Numbered from the stretch's first letter, positions 16,594-27,540 are shown. The stretch is 64,000 nucleotides of DNA from Flavobacteriales bacterium (GCA_947463125.1 CANHQZ010000002.1:46951-110950); one strand, 5' to 3'. The notes: a model not told the origin generated them from the letters alone. Program-made: numbers and translations.

Positions 16594-18855
16594 ATGGCAG
16601 ATAAGAAACTACTGGATGCACTCAGCTACCATGCTGATGGAAGACCCGGAAAGATAGAAGTTGTTACGACCAAACCCACCCAGACCCAGTTTGACCTGGC
16701 CCTGGCCTACAGCCCGGGCGTGGCAGAGCCCTGCCTAAAAATAGCTGAAAATACAGATGATGTATATAAGTATACAGCCAAAGGGAATCTGGTAGCTGTT
16801 ATCAGCAATGGTACTGCAGTTTTGGGTCTGGGCGATATCGGTCCTGAAGCCTCCAAGCCGGTAATGGAAGGAAAAGGTGTGCTGTTCAAAATTTTTGCCG
16901 ATATCGATGTTTTTGACATAGAACTCAACTGCAAGGATGTAGATGAATTTGTGCGCACGGTGAAAGCCATGGAACCTACTTTTGGCGGAATCAATCTTGA
17001 GGATATCAAGGCACCGGAGAGTTTTGAAATTGAAGAACGGTTAAAAGCCGAACTGAAAATTCCCATTATGCACGATGATCAGCATGGAACCGCCATTATC
17101 AGCGGAGCAGCGTTGCTGAATGCACTCCGGATTGTAAATAAGGAAATCGGAAAAATTAAAATGGTGGTAAACGGTGCCGGCGCCAGTGCTATCGCTTGCT
17201 CCAAACTCTTTGTGAGCCTTGGTGTTGACCCCAAAAACCTGGTCATGCTTGACAGCAAAGGCGTGATTCATGCGGAAAGAGCTGACCTGGATAAATACAA
17301 AAGCCAGTTTGTTACCACATCCAAAGCACGTACACTGGAGGAAGCTATGGCCGGTGCGGATGTATTCGTGGGGTTGTCCAAAGGGAATATCCTTTCACCG
17401 GAAATGATTCTGAGCATGGCTGAAAAGCCTGTGGTATTTGCCATGGCAAACCCCGATCCTGAGATTGATTACAAACTGGCCGTTTCTACCCGCCCCGATA
17501 TCCTGATGGCAACAGGCAGAAGCGATTATCCCAATCAGGTAAACAATGTGCTTGGTTTTCCATTTATTTTCCGCGGAGCACTGGATGTGCGTGCCACCGC
17601 CATCAATGAGGAAATGAAACTGGCCGCGGTGCGTGCCATTGCAGATTTGGCGCTCGAGCCGGTTCCTGAAGTGGTGATGATGGCCTACAATGATTACGAT
17701 CTGGATTTCGGCAGCAACTACATTATACCTAAACCTATGGATCCTCGACTGCTGACCACGGTGGCCCCTGCAGTGGCCAAAGCAGCCATGGATAGCGGTG
17801 TAGCCAGAAACCCCATCACCGACTGGGATGCTTATAAAGCTACCCTCAGAAAAAGACTTGGTATTGACAATGATTTTGTAAACCGCCTGGTGCAGCGCGC
17901 CAAAAAGCAACCCAAACGGGTGGTTTTTTCCGAAGCAGAAGACGTGAAAATCCTGCGTGCTGCGCAAACCTGCCTTAATGAGGGAATTGCTACACCCATA
18001 CTCCTGGGAAGGCCCCACCAGATTCGGAAAGTGATGGAGGAAAACAACATCGATCTGGGACAGGTAACCATGCTCGACCCGTGGACCGAAGATGCACTTT
18101 GTGAAGAATTTGGTGCATTGCTCTATGAAAAACGAAAGCGAAGCGGACTCACGCAGACCGAGGCGGTAAAAAATATGCGATATCGCAACTATTTCGGTGC
18201 CATGATGGTGGAAACCGGTAAATGCGATGCCCTCATCAGCGGATTAACCCGAAATTATCCCATTGCACTGCGTCCTATGCTAGAATGTATCAACGTTACA
18301 GGTGCGTCCAAACGCATTGCCGGCATGCACATTGTAATGACTAAAAATGGGCCTGTTTTCCTTTCAGATACCACGGTGAATATAGACTACAAGCCGGAAG
18401 AGCTGGTGGATCTGGTGCTGAAAGTGCACGAACGGGTTAGCAAGCTTCAGATCGATCCACGTATAGCGCTGGTTACCTACAGCAATTTTGGCAGCAGCCG
18501 CGGACCTGCACCCATGCAAATGAGAAAAGCCGTGGAAATGCTGCATGAGCATCACCCGCACATTCTGGTAGACGGTGAAATGCAAACCACTTACGCCATA
18601 GATGGAGAAGCGCGGATAAAGCAATATCCCTTCAATAAACTGGGCAACAAGCCTGCCAATACATTGATTTTTCCTGGCCTAAACAGCGGAAACGCTGCTT
18701 ATCAGCTGATGCGCGGTATGGGTATGGTAGACATCATTGGTCCAGTGCTGCTGGGCTTTGAAAAAAGCGTACACGTGCTTCATCACACCAGCAATGTGCG
18801 CGAAATTGTTAATATGGTAGCACTGGCTGTATGTGAGGCCCAGGAAAAATCATGA
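16594..18855 (+). CDS. maeB: NADP-dependent malic enzyme with C-terminal phosphotransacetylase-like domain
   Basis: [44 protein letters not shown]-like [14 protein letters not shown]. Confidence 0.97.
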   Translation: MADKKLLDALSYHADGRPGKIEVVTTKPTQTQFDLALAYSPGVAEPCLKIAENTDDVYKYTAKGNLVAVISNGTAVLGLGDIGPEASKPVMEGKGVLFKIFADIDVFDIELNCKDVDEFVRTVKAMEPTFGGINLEDIKAPESFEIEERLKAELKIPIMHDDQHGTAIISGAALLNALRIVNKEIGKIKMVVNGAGASAIACSKLFVSLGVDPKNLVMLDSKGVIHAERADLDKYKSQFVTTSKARTLEEAMAGADVFVGLSKGNILSPEMILSMAEKPVVFAMANPDPEIDYKLAVSTRPDILMATGRSDYPNQVNNVLGFPFIFRGALDVRATAINEEMKLAAVRAIADLALEPVPEVVMMAYNDYDLDFGSNYIIPKPMDPRLLTTVAPAVAKAAMDSGVARNPITDWDAYKATLRKRLGIDNDFVNRLVQRAKKQPKRVVFSEAEDVKILRAAQTCLNEGIATPILLGRPHQIRKVMEENNIDLGQVTMLDPWTEDALCEEFGALLYEKRKRSGLTQTEAVKNMRYRNYFGAMMVETGKCDALISGLTRNYPIALRPMLECINVTGASKRIAGMHIVMTKNGPVFLSDTTVNIDYKPEELVDLVLKVHERVSKLQIDPRIALVTYSNFGSSRGPAPMQMRKAVEMLHEHHPHILVDGEMQTTYAIDGEARIKQYPFNKLGNKPANTLIFPGLNSGNAAYQLMRGMGMVDIIGPVLLGFEKSVHVLHHTSNVREIVNMVALAVCEAQEKS

Positions 18856-19289
18856 TTTTGCCAAAACCGCAGCTGCTCGAATGGGGCAGTAAACTGCAAA
18901 TTCAGAGCATTGGACTCAGGTATGAGGTATTGAGAAAGCCGCTGGGATTGTGTTTTGCCCCAGAAGAATTACTGCAGGAAGAAACGCAATGGCATATAGG
19001 TATGGTAAGTGGTGAGCGTGTAGAAGGAATTTTGCTAATCAAATTCATCGGCGAAAACGTTGCCAAAATGCGCCAGGTGGCCGTGGCAGAATCTTCTCAG
19101 GGAAAAGGTATTGGAAAAGAAATGGTTCGTTATGCAGAATTGTTGTGCAGCCAGAATCACATTGAAAAAATAGAACTGCATGCACGCAAATCAGCAGTAC
19201 CTTTTTACCTGTCTTTGGGCTATCACACCGAAGGTGCTGAATTTGAAGAGGTGGGCATTCCCCATATAAAAATGTCGATTAAGCTATAA
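18852..19289 (+). CDS. GNAT family N-acetyltransferase
   Basis: RQVAV..SQGKGIG, LHARKSAVPFY..LGY, EVGIPHIKM. Confidence 0.9.
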   Translation: MILPKPQLLEWGSKLQIQSIGLRYEVLRKPLGLCFAPEELLQEETQWHIGMVSGERVEGILLIKFIGENVAKMRQVAVAESSQGKGIGKEMVRYAELLCSQNHIEKIELHARKSAVPFYLSLGYHTEGAEFEEVGIPHIKMSIKL

Positions 19290-19290
19290 T

Positions 19291-20055
19291 TTAGCGGTAA
19301 CCGTGCCAGTTGCCGGTTTCTCTGCTGTATAGCCAGAAAATTCCGTTGGTGTATGCAAAATCTCCGCACAGTGGCTTGGGTCCGTTATCATCCAAAATCT
19401 GCAAAATTTTCGTGCACCTGCCGCTTCGGCTGTTATAAAGCAAAATTCGGTGTTGTCCACGGTCATACAGGCCTATCTCTGCATTCCTGATGCCCGTATA
19501 AACCACCCCCATGCTGTTTAATTCATTGTCAAAATCGTCAATATCCAGATGAAGAGGTGGTCGGTGGTGCGCATGTCTTATTTTATACCTGAATATGGCT
19601 TTATCATGATAGTACCACATTTCTTTTTTCCTTCCTGCCCACGCACCATTGCCAATAGCCACTGGGTTGTGAAGCGCATAAAACACATTTTCCGCATAGG
19701 CCGGCAAGCCTTCGCGCAAATGGATAACATACAGCCCTTCCATGCCCGAAGCATAGCTTTTAAGTATTTTTCCGGCGCCCTCCAGCCACAAGCTTCCGGG
19801 GTCAAATGGCAATAAGTAGGGTGATTTTAAGGCCTTGCCTTTTTCGTCATACATAAACAACCACCGCTCTCCATTGCCCGAAACAGCCGCATAATACCGT
19901 TTCATCCCCGGGTTCCATACAACCGAAACACCCATACCACCCGGAGCTCTGCCGGAAATAAGTTCTGTCGCAGGTTTGATTTGTCGCACCGGTTGTGCTT
20001 CCAGTTCACAGTTTATGGATAGCAGCATGCAAAACGACAGAATAGTTATTTTCAC
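19291..20055 (-). CDS. Secreted hypothetical protein, beta-rich (propeller-like)
   Basis: Signal peptide-like N-terminus; repeated short aromatic beta strands. Confidence 0.6.
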   Translation of the reverse strand: MKITILSFCMLLSINCELEAQPVRQIKPATELISGRAPGGMGVSVVWNPGMKRYYAAVSGNGERWLFMYDEKGKALKSPYLLPFDPGSLWLEGAGKILKSYASGMEGLYVIHLREGLPAYAENVFYALHNPVAIGNGAWAGRKKEMWYYHDKAIFRYKIRHAHHRPPLHLDIDDFDNELNSMGVVYTGIRNAEIGLYDRGQHRILLYNSRSGRCTKILQILDDNGPKPLCGDFAYTNGIFWLYSRETGNWHGYR

Positions 20056-20205
20056 TATTGCAAGTAGGGGTATTTGCCTGTGAATAGGAATGACACCGCG
20101 TGATTACTTAACTGCTTTACATCATGAAAAACCTCATCGTATTTTAGGTGTTTTTAATCTGAATTGAGCATGTTGGCAAGTGGGAGCACGTATATTTGTA
20201 GCTTT

Positions 20206-21552
20206 ATGGGAACCCTGATTACCGTTTCACAGTTTTTACTGGCACTGTCCATTCTGATCATTCTTCACGAACTGGGGCATTTTCTCGCGGCGCGCTTTTT
20301 TGGTATTAAAGTTGAAAAATTCTATCTCTTTTTCGATGCCTGGGGAGTAAAGCTGTTTAAATTCAGAAAAGGCGACACCGAATACGGAATAGGCTGGCTG
20401 CCATTGGGCGGATATGTAAAGATTGCCGGCATGGTAGATGAAAGCCTTGATTCAGAGCAATTGAAAACAGAGCCGCAGTCCTGGGAGTTTCGCAGCAAGC
20501 CGGCCTGGCAGCGCCTGATTGTAATGATAGGCGGGGTTACCGTTAATCTGTTGCTGGGCGTTTTGATTTTCTGGATGATGATATGGACGCAGGGTGAAAA
20601 GTATGTTCCTACCTCCGCTGTCAATGAAGCTGGAGGTATTTATGCCGGCCCGCTCGGAAGAAAAATCGGATTTCAGACAGGGGATAAGATTATTGCATTT
20701 AATGGTAAGGCAAGTGAGAATTTTCTGGAAGAATTTGCCAATCCGGACTTCATTATGGGCGGGAAGCATGAAGTAAGCATTAACAGAAATGGGAAGGATA
20801 CAACACTCAGTCTTCCGGCCAATCTCGAGGAGATACTGGCTGAAAAATCAGAGTTGCCCATCATTTCTCCCCGTTTTAATTTCAAAATTGCTACTGTTGT
20901 GGACGGAACTCCTGCATCAAAAGCAGGATTGGCCAAGGAAGATATCATCATCGCAATTGACAGTCAGAAAGTGGCCGGTTTTCTGGATTTTAAAGAGCTG
21001 ATTCAGCAGAAAAAAAATAAAACCATTGTACTGACCGTACTCAAAGACAAAGCCACTGAGACTTCCAATGTAACCTTGAAGGTAGAGCCCGATGGCACCA
21101 TCGGTTTTAAGCCGCAGCTGTTTGGGTTTGAAGACAAGCAGAAGTCTATTCAGTACGGTTTCTTTGAATCTGCTGCGATGGGTACCCGGAAGGCATTTTC
21201 ATTTCTGGCCGCCAATGCCATGGGCTTTGGTAAAATTCTAAGTGGTGATGTGGATCCACGTAAATCACTGGCGGGTCCTGTTGGTATGGCACAAATGTAT
21301 GGTTCTACCTGGGACTGGGTTAACTTTTGGGGGCTCACAGCCATGATTTCACTGGGGCTTGCATTCCTGAATATCTTGCCCATACCGGCACTGGACGGGG
21401 GCCATGTAATGTTTTTGCTCTGGGAAATGATTACCCGAAAGCCTGTAAGCGAAAAAGCCCTTTACGTTGGGCAGGTTATCGGTATGGTTATTTTGGGTTC
21501 ACTCATGATTTTTATCTTCTGGGTAGATATTGCGCGCGCCCTTGGTTTTTAA
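20206..21552 (+). CDS. rseP: RIP metalloprotease RseP
   Basis: HELGH, PLGGYVK, PDZ domains, NILPIPALDGG; TATATTTG at 20191-20198 supports ATG 20206. Confidence 0.96.
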   Translation: MGTLITVSQFLLALSILIILHELGHFLAARFFGIKVEKFYLFFDAWGVKLFKFRKGDTEYGIGWLPLGGYVKIAGMVDESLDSEQLKTEPQSWEFRSKPAWQRLIVMIGGVTVNLLLGVLIFWMMIWTQGEKYVPTSAVNEAGGIYAGPLGRKIGFQTGDKIIAFNGKASENFLEEFANPDFIMGGKHEVSINRNGKDTTLSLPANLEEILAEKSELPIISPRFNFKIATVVDGTPASKAGLAKEDIIIAIDSQKVAGFLDFKELIQQKKNKTIVLTVLKDKATETSNVTLKVEPDGTIGFKPQLFGFEDKQKSIQYGFFESAAMGTRKAFSFLAANAMGFGKILSGDVDPRKSLAGPVGMAQMYGSTWDWVNFWGLTAMISLGLAFLNILPIPALDGGHVMFLLWEMITRKPVSEKALYVGQVIGMVILGSLMIFIFWVDIARALGF

Positions 21553-21558
21553 AGCCGG

Positions 21559-22074
21559 ATGAACCCGTTTGCCTTTTTTGATATAGAACCATCTTTTCAG
21601 GTTGATTCAGCTGATTTACGTAAACGTTTTTTAGCCAATCAGCGAAAATGGCATCCCGATTTTCATGCAGCCAACGAGCAAATGCACCGTCAGGCGCTGG
21701 AGCAAACAGCCGCCAACAATGAGGCTTTTGCTTTGCTGTCTGATACTTACAGCAGGGTAAAATGCCTGCTTTCCATTCACGGAATAGATGCGGAGAAAGA
21801 ACAGGTACTGCCTCAGGATTTTTTAATGGAAATGATGGAATTAAGTGATCTGATTGAAGATGCAATTGCCGGAAACCAGAACAGCAGGGAAGAAGCGGAG
21901 GCCCAAATAGGTCAATACTTTCACAAAAACGATAATACACTTAATTTTCTCTCAAAAGAGGCAGATGTATCCGGTTTTTCACGGGAAATACTACTGAAAG
22001 CAGCTGCTGTATACCAGCAGCACCGCTACCTGACCCGCCTGCGCAAAAATCTTTCGGGGATTACAGAACTCTGA
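21559..22074 (+). CDS. hscB: HscB-like J-domain co-chaperone
   Basis: MNPFAFFDI...QRKWHPDF (HPD)...NEAF..L; PQDFLMEMMEL linker typical of HscB. Confidence 0.75.
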   Translation: MNPFAFFDIEPSFQVDSADLRKRFLANQRKWHPDFHAANEQMHRQALEQTAANNEAFALLSDTYSRVKCLLSIHGIDAEKEQVLPQDFLMEMMELSDLIEDAIAGNQNSREEAEAQIGQYFHKNDNTLNFLSKEADVSGFSREILLKAAAVYQQHRYLTRLRKNLSGITEL

Positions 22075-22106
22075 TCATTATTCGTAAGTTTGCCGTATCA
22101 ATCGCG

Positions 22107-22601
22107 ATGACAACTGCAAAAACCAAAATTCTCAGCCACTCTGAAATCCTTACCAAGCTGGAAAGAATGGCCTGTGAGATATGCGAAAAGCACATCCAAA
22201 GTGGCGAATTGGTGATTTGTGGCTTGAATAGCAGGGGATTTGCCCTGTCCAAGCTGTTGGGCGAAAAAATAAGCGCCATTGATTCTCAGTTGAAGGTGGT
22301 GCATGTAAATGCAGTGGTGGAAAAGGATGCTGTTGAGTTTACACCTGCGGCTGAATTTACAGGTAAACATGTGCTGGTTATGGATGACGTTATAAACACA
22401 GGAAGTACGCTAATGCTGGTTTTATCGGAAATTTACCGCCAAAGACCTGTCAGTATCGGAACTGTGTTTCTGGCCAAGCGCGAACACCGCAATTTTCCCG
22501 TAAAGGCCGATTATGTGGGTGTTTCTATTGCTACTACCCTGCAGGAGCATGTGCAGTTTGATAGCACGGATTCTAACAACCTATCCGTGTATCTCGTTTA
22601 A
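22107..22601 (+). CDS. PyrR-like phosphoribosyltransferase
   Basis: PRPP motif VLVMDDVINTGST; REHRNFPVKADYVG. Confidence 0.85.
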   Translation: MTTAKTKILSHSEILTKLERMACEICEKHIQSGELVICGLNSRGFALSKLLGEKISAIDSQLKVVHVNAVVEKDAVEFTPAAEFTGKHVLVMDDVINTGSTLMLVLSEIYRQRPVSIGTVFLAKREHRNFPVKADYVGVSIATTLQEHVQFDSTDSNNLSVYLV

Positions 22602-22602
22602 A

Positions 22603-23868
22603 TTATTCCTCCACGTAGTTGAGCTCCTTGTGAAAGCTCTCTTTAACCGTGTAGGTTCCCCAAAGTGACAGCAATATACAGATGGCCCCAACAATAATGG
22701 CGGCGTAGGAATTGGGCATGCCTCCTATGTTCAGTTCAGATAAAGCCGTAAAGCCCAGCGTGATAGGAACCACGCCACCGCGAACAAAGTTGGGAACCGT
22801 AGCCGTTACCGTGCTTCGGATGTTGGTGCCAAACTGCTCGCTGGCATTGGTTACGAACAAGGCCCAGTAACCGGTGGCAAGACCCAGCAGGTAACTCATG
22901 GTTTTGAGTCCTGCGGGGGAAAGATTGTGGTTGAATAAATATACGCAGGTAAGCACTGCAATGCCAAACAGATTTAGGAAAATAACCCTGCGGCGGCTCT
23001 TGAAAAGCTGAGATAGCAATCCGGAAAGCAAATCGCCGCTGCTTAGGCCCAGATAGCTCCACATTACCATTTCAGAGGTTTTAATCTGACCCACTGCACC
23101 GGGATGGTTTTCGGCAATGAATTTATGGGAGAGCGCTATCAGTACACCCACAACAAACCATACCGGCAATCCAATAACGATGCAGGCCAGGTATTTCTTA
23201 AAGGTGGGCCAGTCGCGCAACAGCATGAAGAAATTCCCCTTGACAACGTTGGTTTGCTTCAGCTCATGAAACATTGTGCTTTCAAAGGTTCCGGCACGCA
23301 AGGCAAGCAATACTAATCCCAAAACACCCCCCATGATATAGGCTGTCTGCCAGTTTTCAATTTTGGCTCCGGTAAAATCCTGTAAAATGGAACTAAGCTG
23401 ACTAAGGTTGGAAACCCAAAAGGCGAAAACAGCACCCAGAGCGCCGAAGGTCACAATAATCATGGTGCCAATGCCGCGCTTTTTGGTGGGCATGCTTTCG
23501 GCCACCAGGGTAATTGCAGCGCCCAGTTCTCCGGCCAGGCCTACACCCGCAATAAAGCGCCAGATAGAGTATTCAGTGAGGTTGGTGACAAAAGCATTGG
23601 CAATGTTGGCAATACTGTATAGCAGAATGCTTCCGAAAAGAACTGAAACACGGCCCTTTCGGTCGCCCCAGATACCCCAGAGCAAGCCGCCCACCAGCAT
23701 GCCGGTCATCTGCCAGTTAAAAAGCGTGGTTTCAAATTCCGGAGCAATGTTCAGCGATTCCATGCTCTCTTTTTTAATGATATTGAAGAGAATCAGGTCG
23801 TATATGTCCACAAAATAGCCCAAAGAGGCCACGATTATCAGTAATACAATGTTCTTTTTACCTGCCAT
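22603..23868 (-). CDS. MFS transporter
   Basis: About 12 TM segments; GIWGDRKGR motif A; RFIAGVGLAGE. Confidence 0.92.
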   Translation of the reverse strand: MAGKKNIVLLIIVASLGYFVDIYDLILFNIIKKESMESLNIAPEFETTLFNWQMTGMLVGGLLWGIWGDRKGRVSVLFGSILLYSIANIANAFVTNLTEYSIWRFIAGVGLAGELGAAITLVAESMPTKKRGIGTMIIVTFGALGAVFAFWVSNLSQLSSILQDFTGAKIENWQTAYIMGGVLGLVLLALRAGTFESTMFHELKQTNVVKGNFFMLLRDWPTFKKYLACIVIGLPVWFVVGVLIALSHKFIAENHPGAVGQIKTSEMVMWSYLGLSSGDLLSGLLSQLFKSRRRVIFLNLFGIAVLTCVYLFNHNLSPAGLKTMSYLLGLATGYWALFVTNASEQFGTNIRSTVTATVPNFVRGGVVPITLGFTALSELNIGGMPNSYAAIIVGAICILLSLWGTYTVKESFHKELNYVEE

Positions 23869-23877
23869 GCCGTTTGC

Positions 23878-24351
23878 TTAAAAGAGATTTTCCAAAGTTG
23901 CACAAATTTTCTCCAGAAACAAGCGGTCCGTTTCATCAAAACAGGAAAAATGTTCGCTGTCTGCGTCCAAAACGGCCACCACAGTTCCGTTTTTTCTAAT
24001 GGGTATCACAATTTCACTGTTGCTTTCTGCGGAGCAGGCAATATGCCCGGGAAAAGCGTGTACATCCTCCACCACAATGGATTGGTTTTGCGCCCAGGAT
24101 GTGCCGCAAACTCCTTTGCCATGCGCAATGCGTGTGCAGGCTACCGGGCCCTGAAATGGTCCGAGAACCAGTTCATTGTTCTTTACCAGATAAAATCCTA
24201 CCCACCACCAGTGAAAGGTGTTCTTCAAAACCGCTGAAACATTGGCAAGTCCGGCAGTTTGGTCTTTTTCAGATTCAATCAGACCCTCAATTTGAAGTAG
24301 TGCATTTTGGTACAGGTTCTCTTTCTCGGAGTAAGTTGGGTTGTTAATCAT
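23878..24351 (-). CDS. msrC: GAF domain protein, free methionine-(R)-sulfoxide reductase (MsrC/YebR-like)
   Basis: WVGFY, LGPFQGPVAC, GKGVCG, HIAC...SEIVIP. Confidence 0.85.
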   Translation of the reverse strand: MINNPTYSEKENLYQNALLQIEGLIESEKDQTAGLANVSAVLKNTFHWWWVGFYLVKNNELVLGPFQGPVACTRIAHGKGVCGTSWAQNQSIVVEDVHAFPGHIACSAESNSEIVIPIRKNGTVVAVLDADSEHFSCFDETDRLFLEKICATLENLF

Positions 24352-24443
24352 GTTTAACGTGGATAAATGGTTGCGAAAATAAGACGAAAAGGTTTGTGAG
24401 GCTGCCGTGAATGTCGTTAGTTTGAAGGTTTAACTTGTGAAGT

Positions 24444-27400
24444 ATGGCAATGGAAGTGGTGAATACCCGGCCGTTTGAGGTGGTTTTTACATTTGTAAGA
24501 CATCCGTATTTCGGTTTGCTGGTAGAGGCTAACGCCGTACAATTGCTGGCCAACGGAGATTACTCGCTTACTTTCCAGCGGGTGAGGCAGCAAACAACCG
24601 ATTATTTTAACCTGAACAACGAACAAACCGAGGTCGTTAAGATACTGGAGGAGTTTGAGGTGGATGGTATCATGAAGCGTTTTTATACAGGAAATAAACG
24701 CATCCGTTCCAATGAATTTTTACTGAAACACTACACGCCGGTACTCCATAAAATAGTTAGACCATACATTGAGAAGAAGCTGTCTAAAGTATTGGATATC
24801 ATTAAGAATTATCCAATGTACTGGGCGGGAAAAACCGGGCAGGCGCAGGGTGAAGAAATTCATTACTCAGAAGAGCCGGCCACGGTTCTCTTTCATTTCA
24901 GGAGGGATGAACAGGGAACCAATTACTTTGCAACCATCCGAAGCAACAATGAAAAGGTAGATTTTTACCACAACGACTCAGAAATCATTTCAGAAAATCC
25001 GGCGTGGCTGATTACCCCAAACAAACTGCTGTATTTTCCAAAGCACATAGACGGCAAGAAAATTCGCCCATTTTTAAGCAAGAAATATATTCATGTTGAG
25101 CCTCATCAGGAAGACAGCTACATGGACAAGTTTGTGAAACCCCTGCTCGAAAACCATGATGTTTTTGCCAAAGGTTTGCAGATCGTAACGGAGCAGCTGC
25201 CTGCAAGGCCCGTGATCAGGCTCAACAAGTTGTTTCAGGATAAGCAGTATCTGAGTCTGTATTTTCAATACGGCGGCTGGAATTTTCCTTTTCATATTCA
25301 TAAAAAAGTCAATGTATCCCTGGAAAAACAGGGTAATGATTTCATTTTCCACCGCATCCGGCGATCACTAAGCCTGGAAAGCGAAAAAATTGCCTTGCTG
25401 AAAGAGCTGGGCCTTGAAAACGTGGAGGGAAGTCTGTTTGCATTGGAAAATGCCGGTCAGTCCTATGAGCTTATTTCCTGGCTGAATACCAACGCTGAAA
25501 TGCTTCAGCGCAATGGATTTCAGGTAGATCAGGAAGCCTCGGATGTGAAGTTTTACCTTGGTTCCGTAAACCTGGAAGTGAAGCTGACAAAAGGTGCCGA
25601 CTGGTTCGATGTAATGGCAGTGGTTCGCTTTGGCACTTTTGAAGTGCCTTTCATACGTCTCAGAAAGAACATTCTTGAAAAACGCAGGGAATTTGTTTTG
25701 CCAAACGGCGAAATTGCTATTTTGCCGGATGAATGGTTTACCCGTTTTGGGAAAATAGCCCATCTGGCAGAGGTGGAAGGAGACTGCTTCCGGGTTCGCA
25801 ACATGCATTTTTCGCTGCTGGATGATTTGTCGGATTATGTGGATGTGGAAGTGGCAAAGTCCGGCTGGGAAAAGCTGCTTCAATCCGACAATATCCCTGA
25901 ATATCCGCTTCCTCAGGGAATGAATGCCGAACTCAGGCATTATCAGGCTGAAGGATACAGCTGGATTCGTTTCCTGTTTGAGCATCGCATTGGTGCACTG
26001 CTGGCAGACGATATGGGTCTGGGTAAAACACTGCAAACCCTGGCGGTTATCAAACACATTTCCGGATTGCCGGTGGCCGAATTAGAGGGAGAAAAAACCA
26101 TCATAACCGGGGAAACGCCGGTAACAGCAGAAATACCGCAACTGGATTTGTTTACACCCGCAGAAACCTTGCTTTCAGGATCAGCCACGCTCACAGATTC
26201 GGCAGAAAAGCACATGCCATGTCTTGTAATTGCGCCAAAATCATTGCTGTATAACTGGCAGGCAGAAGCCGAAAAGTTTTGTCCATCGCTGAAAACGCTT
26301 ATTTACACCGGAATTTCACGCAATAGGCTCTTGCCGAAGTTTTCGCAGAGTGACCTGATTATCATGAGTTACGGTACCATGCGCAACGACATTGAAGAAT
26401 TGCACCGCATTCCATTCAGGCTGGTTGTGATTGATGAAAGTCAGGCCATTAAAAATCCCACATCCCTCACTGCCAGAAGCTTATTGAGAATGGACGCACA
26501 ATACCGTCTGGCGCTTACAGGAACGCCCATTGAAAACACCTTGCTGGATGTGTGGAGTCAGATGAATTTTCTGAACCGTGGATTGCTTGGTTCCTACGGC
26601 TATTTTGAAAAGAATTTTATCCGTCCTATCGAGAAAAATCAGGATGCCGGTCGTACGGCAGAATTAAAGAGAATACTGGATCCTTTCGTACTACGCCGAA
26701 CCAAAAAACAGGTGGCCAAAGAACTTCCGCCCAAGATAGAGAAGGTGCATTTCTGTGAAATGACGCCCGAGCAGGCGGAATGTTACGAGAAAACGAAAAG
26801 TCAGTACAGAAACGAAATACTGGAACATGTGAGCCAGGTAGGAATGTCACGTTCCCGATTGAAGATATTCAACGGATTAATGCATTTAAGACAACTTGCT
26901 TTGAATCCGATACTGAAAGACAATGATTATGAAGGGCAATCGGGTAAAGACGATGAAATAAGGCGAATGCTTCAGCGTGCGGTGGAAGGCGGGCACAAGG
27001 TGCTGCTGTTTAGTCAGTTTGTGAGCTATCTTTCTGTTTTCGAAGACATGCTGCAGGCCGATGGAATAGAATACAGTTATCTTGACGGAAGCATGGACGA
27101 AAAGGAAAGGGCGGAGGCCATAAAACGCTTTCAGGAAAATGAAAATGTAAAAGTGTTTTTGTTGAGTTTGCGCGCCGGAAACGCCGGACTCAATCTTACG
27201 GCAGCTGATTATGTGTTTCTGGCCGATCCCTGGTGGAATCCTTTTACCATGCGCCAGGCCGAAGATAGAGCACACCGCATCGGGCAGGATAAAACAGTGT
27301 TTTCGTATAAGTTTATTACAAAAAATACCATTGAGGAGAAAATTCTCGAGCTGCAGAAAAAGAAAACCCATCTTGCAGAAAGCATTATCCCCGACGAAGA

Positions 27401-27452
27401 CAGTATACTTTCAGGCTTGAATATGCAGGAGCTGGAGGAACTACTTGCCTGA
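24444..27452 (+). CDS. SNF2-family DEXD-box ATPase/helicase
   Basis: LADDMGLGKT, IDESQAIKN, LTGTPIEN, GLNLTAADYV, PWWNP, QAEDRAHRIGQ. Confidence 0.95.
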   Translation: MAMEVVNTRPFEVVFTFVRHPYFGLLVEANAVQLLANGDYSLTFQRVRQQTTDYFNLNNEQTEVVKILEEFEVDGIMKRFYTGNKRIRSNEFLLKHYTPVLHKIVRPYIEKKLSKVLDIIKNYPMYWAGKTGQAQGEEIHYSEEPATVLFHFRRDEQGTNYFATIRSNNEKVDFYHNDSEIISENPAWLITPNKLLYFPKHIDGKKIRPFLSKKYIHVEPHQEDSYMDKFVKPLLENHDVFAKGLQIVTEQLPARPVIRLNKLFQDKQYLSLYFQYGGWNFPFHIHKKVNVSLEKQGNDFIFHRIRRSLSLESEKIALLKELGLENVEGSLFALENAGQSYELISWLNTNAEMLQRNGFQVDQEASDVKFYLGSVNLEVKLTKGADWFDVMAVVRFGTFEVPFIRLRKNILEKRREFVLPNGEIAILPDEWFTRFGKIAHLAEVEGDCFRVRNMHFSLLDDLSDYVDVEVAKSGWEKLLQSDNIPEYPLPQGMNAELRHYQAEGYSWIRFLFEHRIGALLADDMGLGKTLQTLAVIKHISGLPVAELEGEKTIITGETPVTAEIPQLDLFTPAETLLSGSATLTDSAEKHMPCLVIAPKSLLYNWQAEAEKFCPSLKTLIYTGISRNRLLPKFSQSDLIIMSYGTMRNDIEELHRIPFRLVVIDESQAIKNPTSLTARSLLRMDAQYRLALTGTPIENTLLDVWSQMNFLNRGLLGSYGYFEKNFIRPIEKNQDAGRTAELKRILDPFVLRRTKKQVAKELPPKIEKVHFCEMTPEQAECYEKTKSQYRNEILEHVSQVGMSRSRLKIFNGLMHLRQLALNPILKDNDYEGQSGKDDEIRRMLQRAVEGGHKVLLFSQFVSYLSVFEDMLQADGIEYSYLDGSMDEKERAEAIKRFQENENVKVFLLSLRAGNAGLNLTAADYVFLADPWWNPFTMRQAEDRAHRIGQDKTVFSYKFITKNTIEEKILELQKKKTHLAESIIPDEDSILSGLNMQELEELLA

Positions 27453-27540
27453 AAGCGGTAAAAAAAGCCTTTGATTTCAGCGCTATTATTAGGATATTTG
27501 CATACTTTTTTGTATATTAATTATTCTAATTATTGTAACC

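Noticed and set aside
20124..20137. ATGAAAAACCTCAT as a third Crp/Fnr-like site
   Set aside because: Both inner C/G positions mismatch; plausible by chance in AT-rich DNA
24444..27452. SNF2 ATPase as part of an anti-phage system
   Set aside because: No methylase, nuclease or other defence genes nearby; flanked by housekeeping genes
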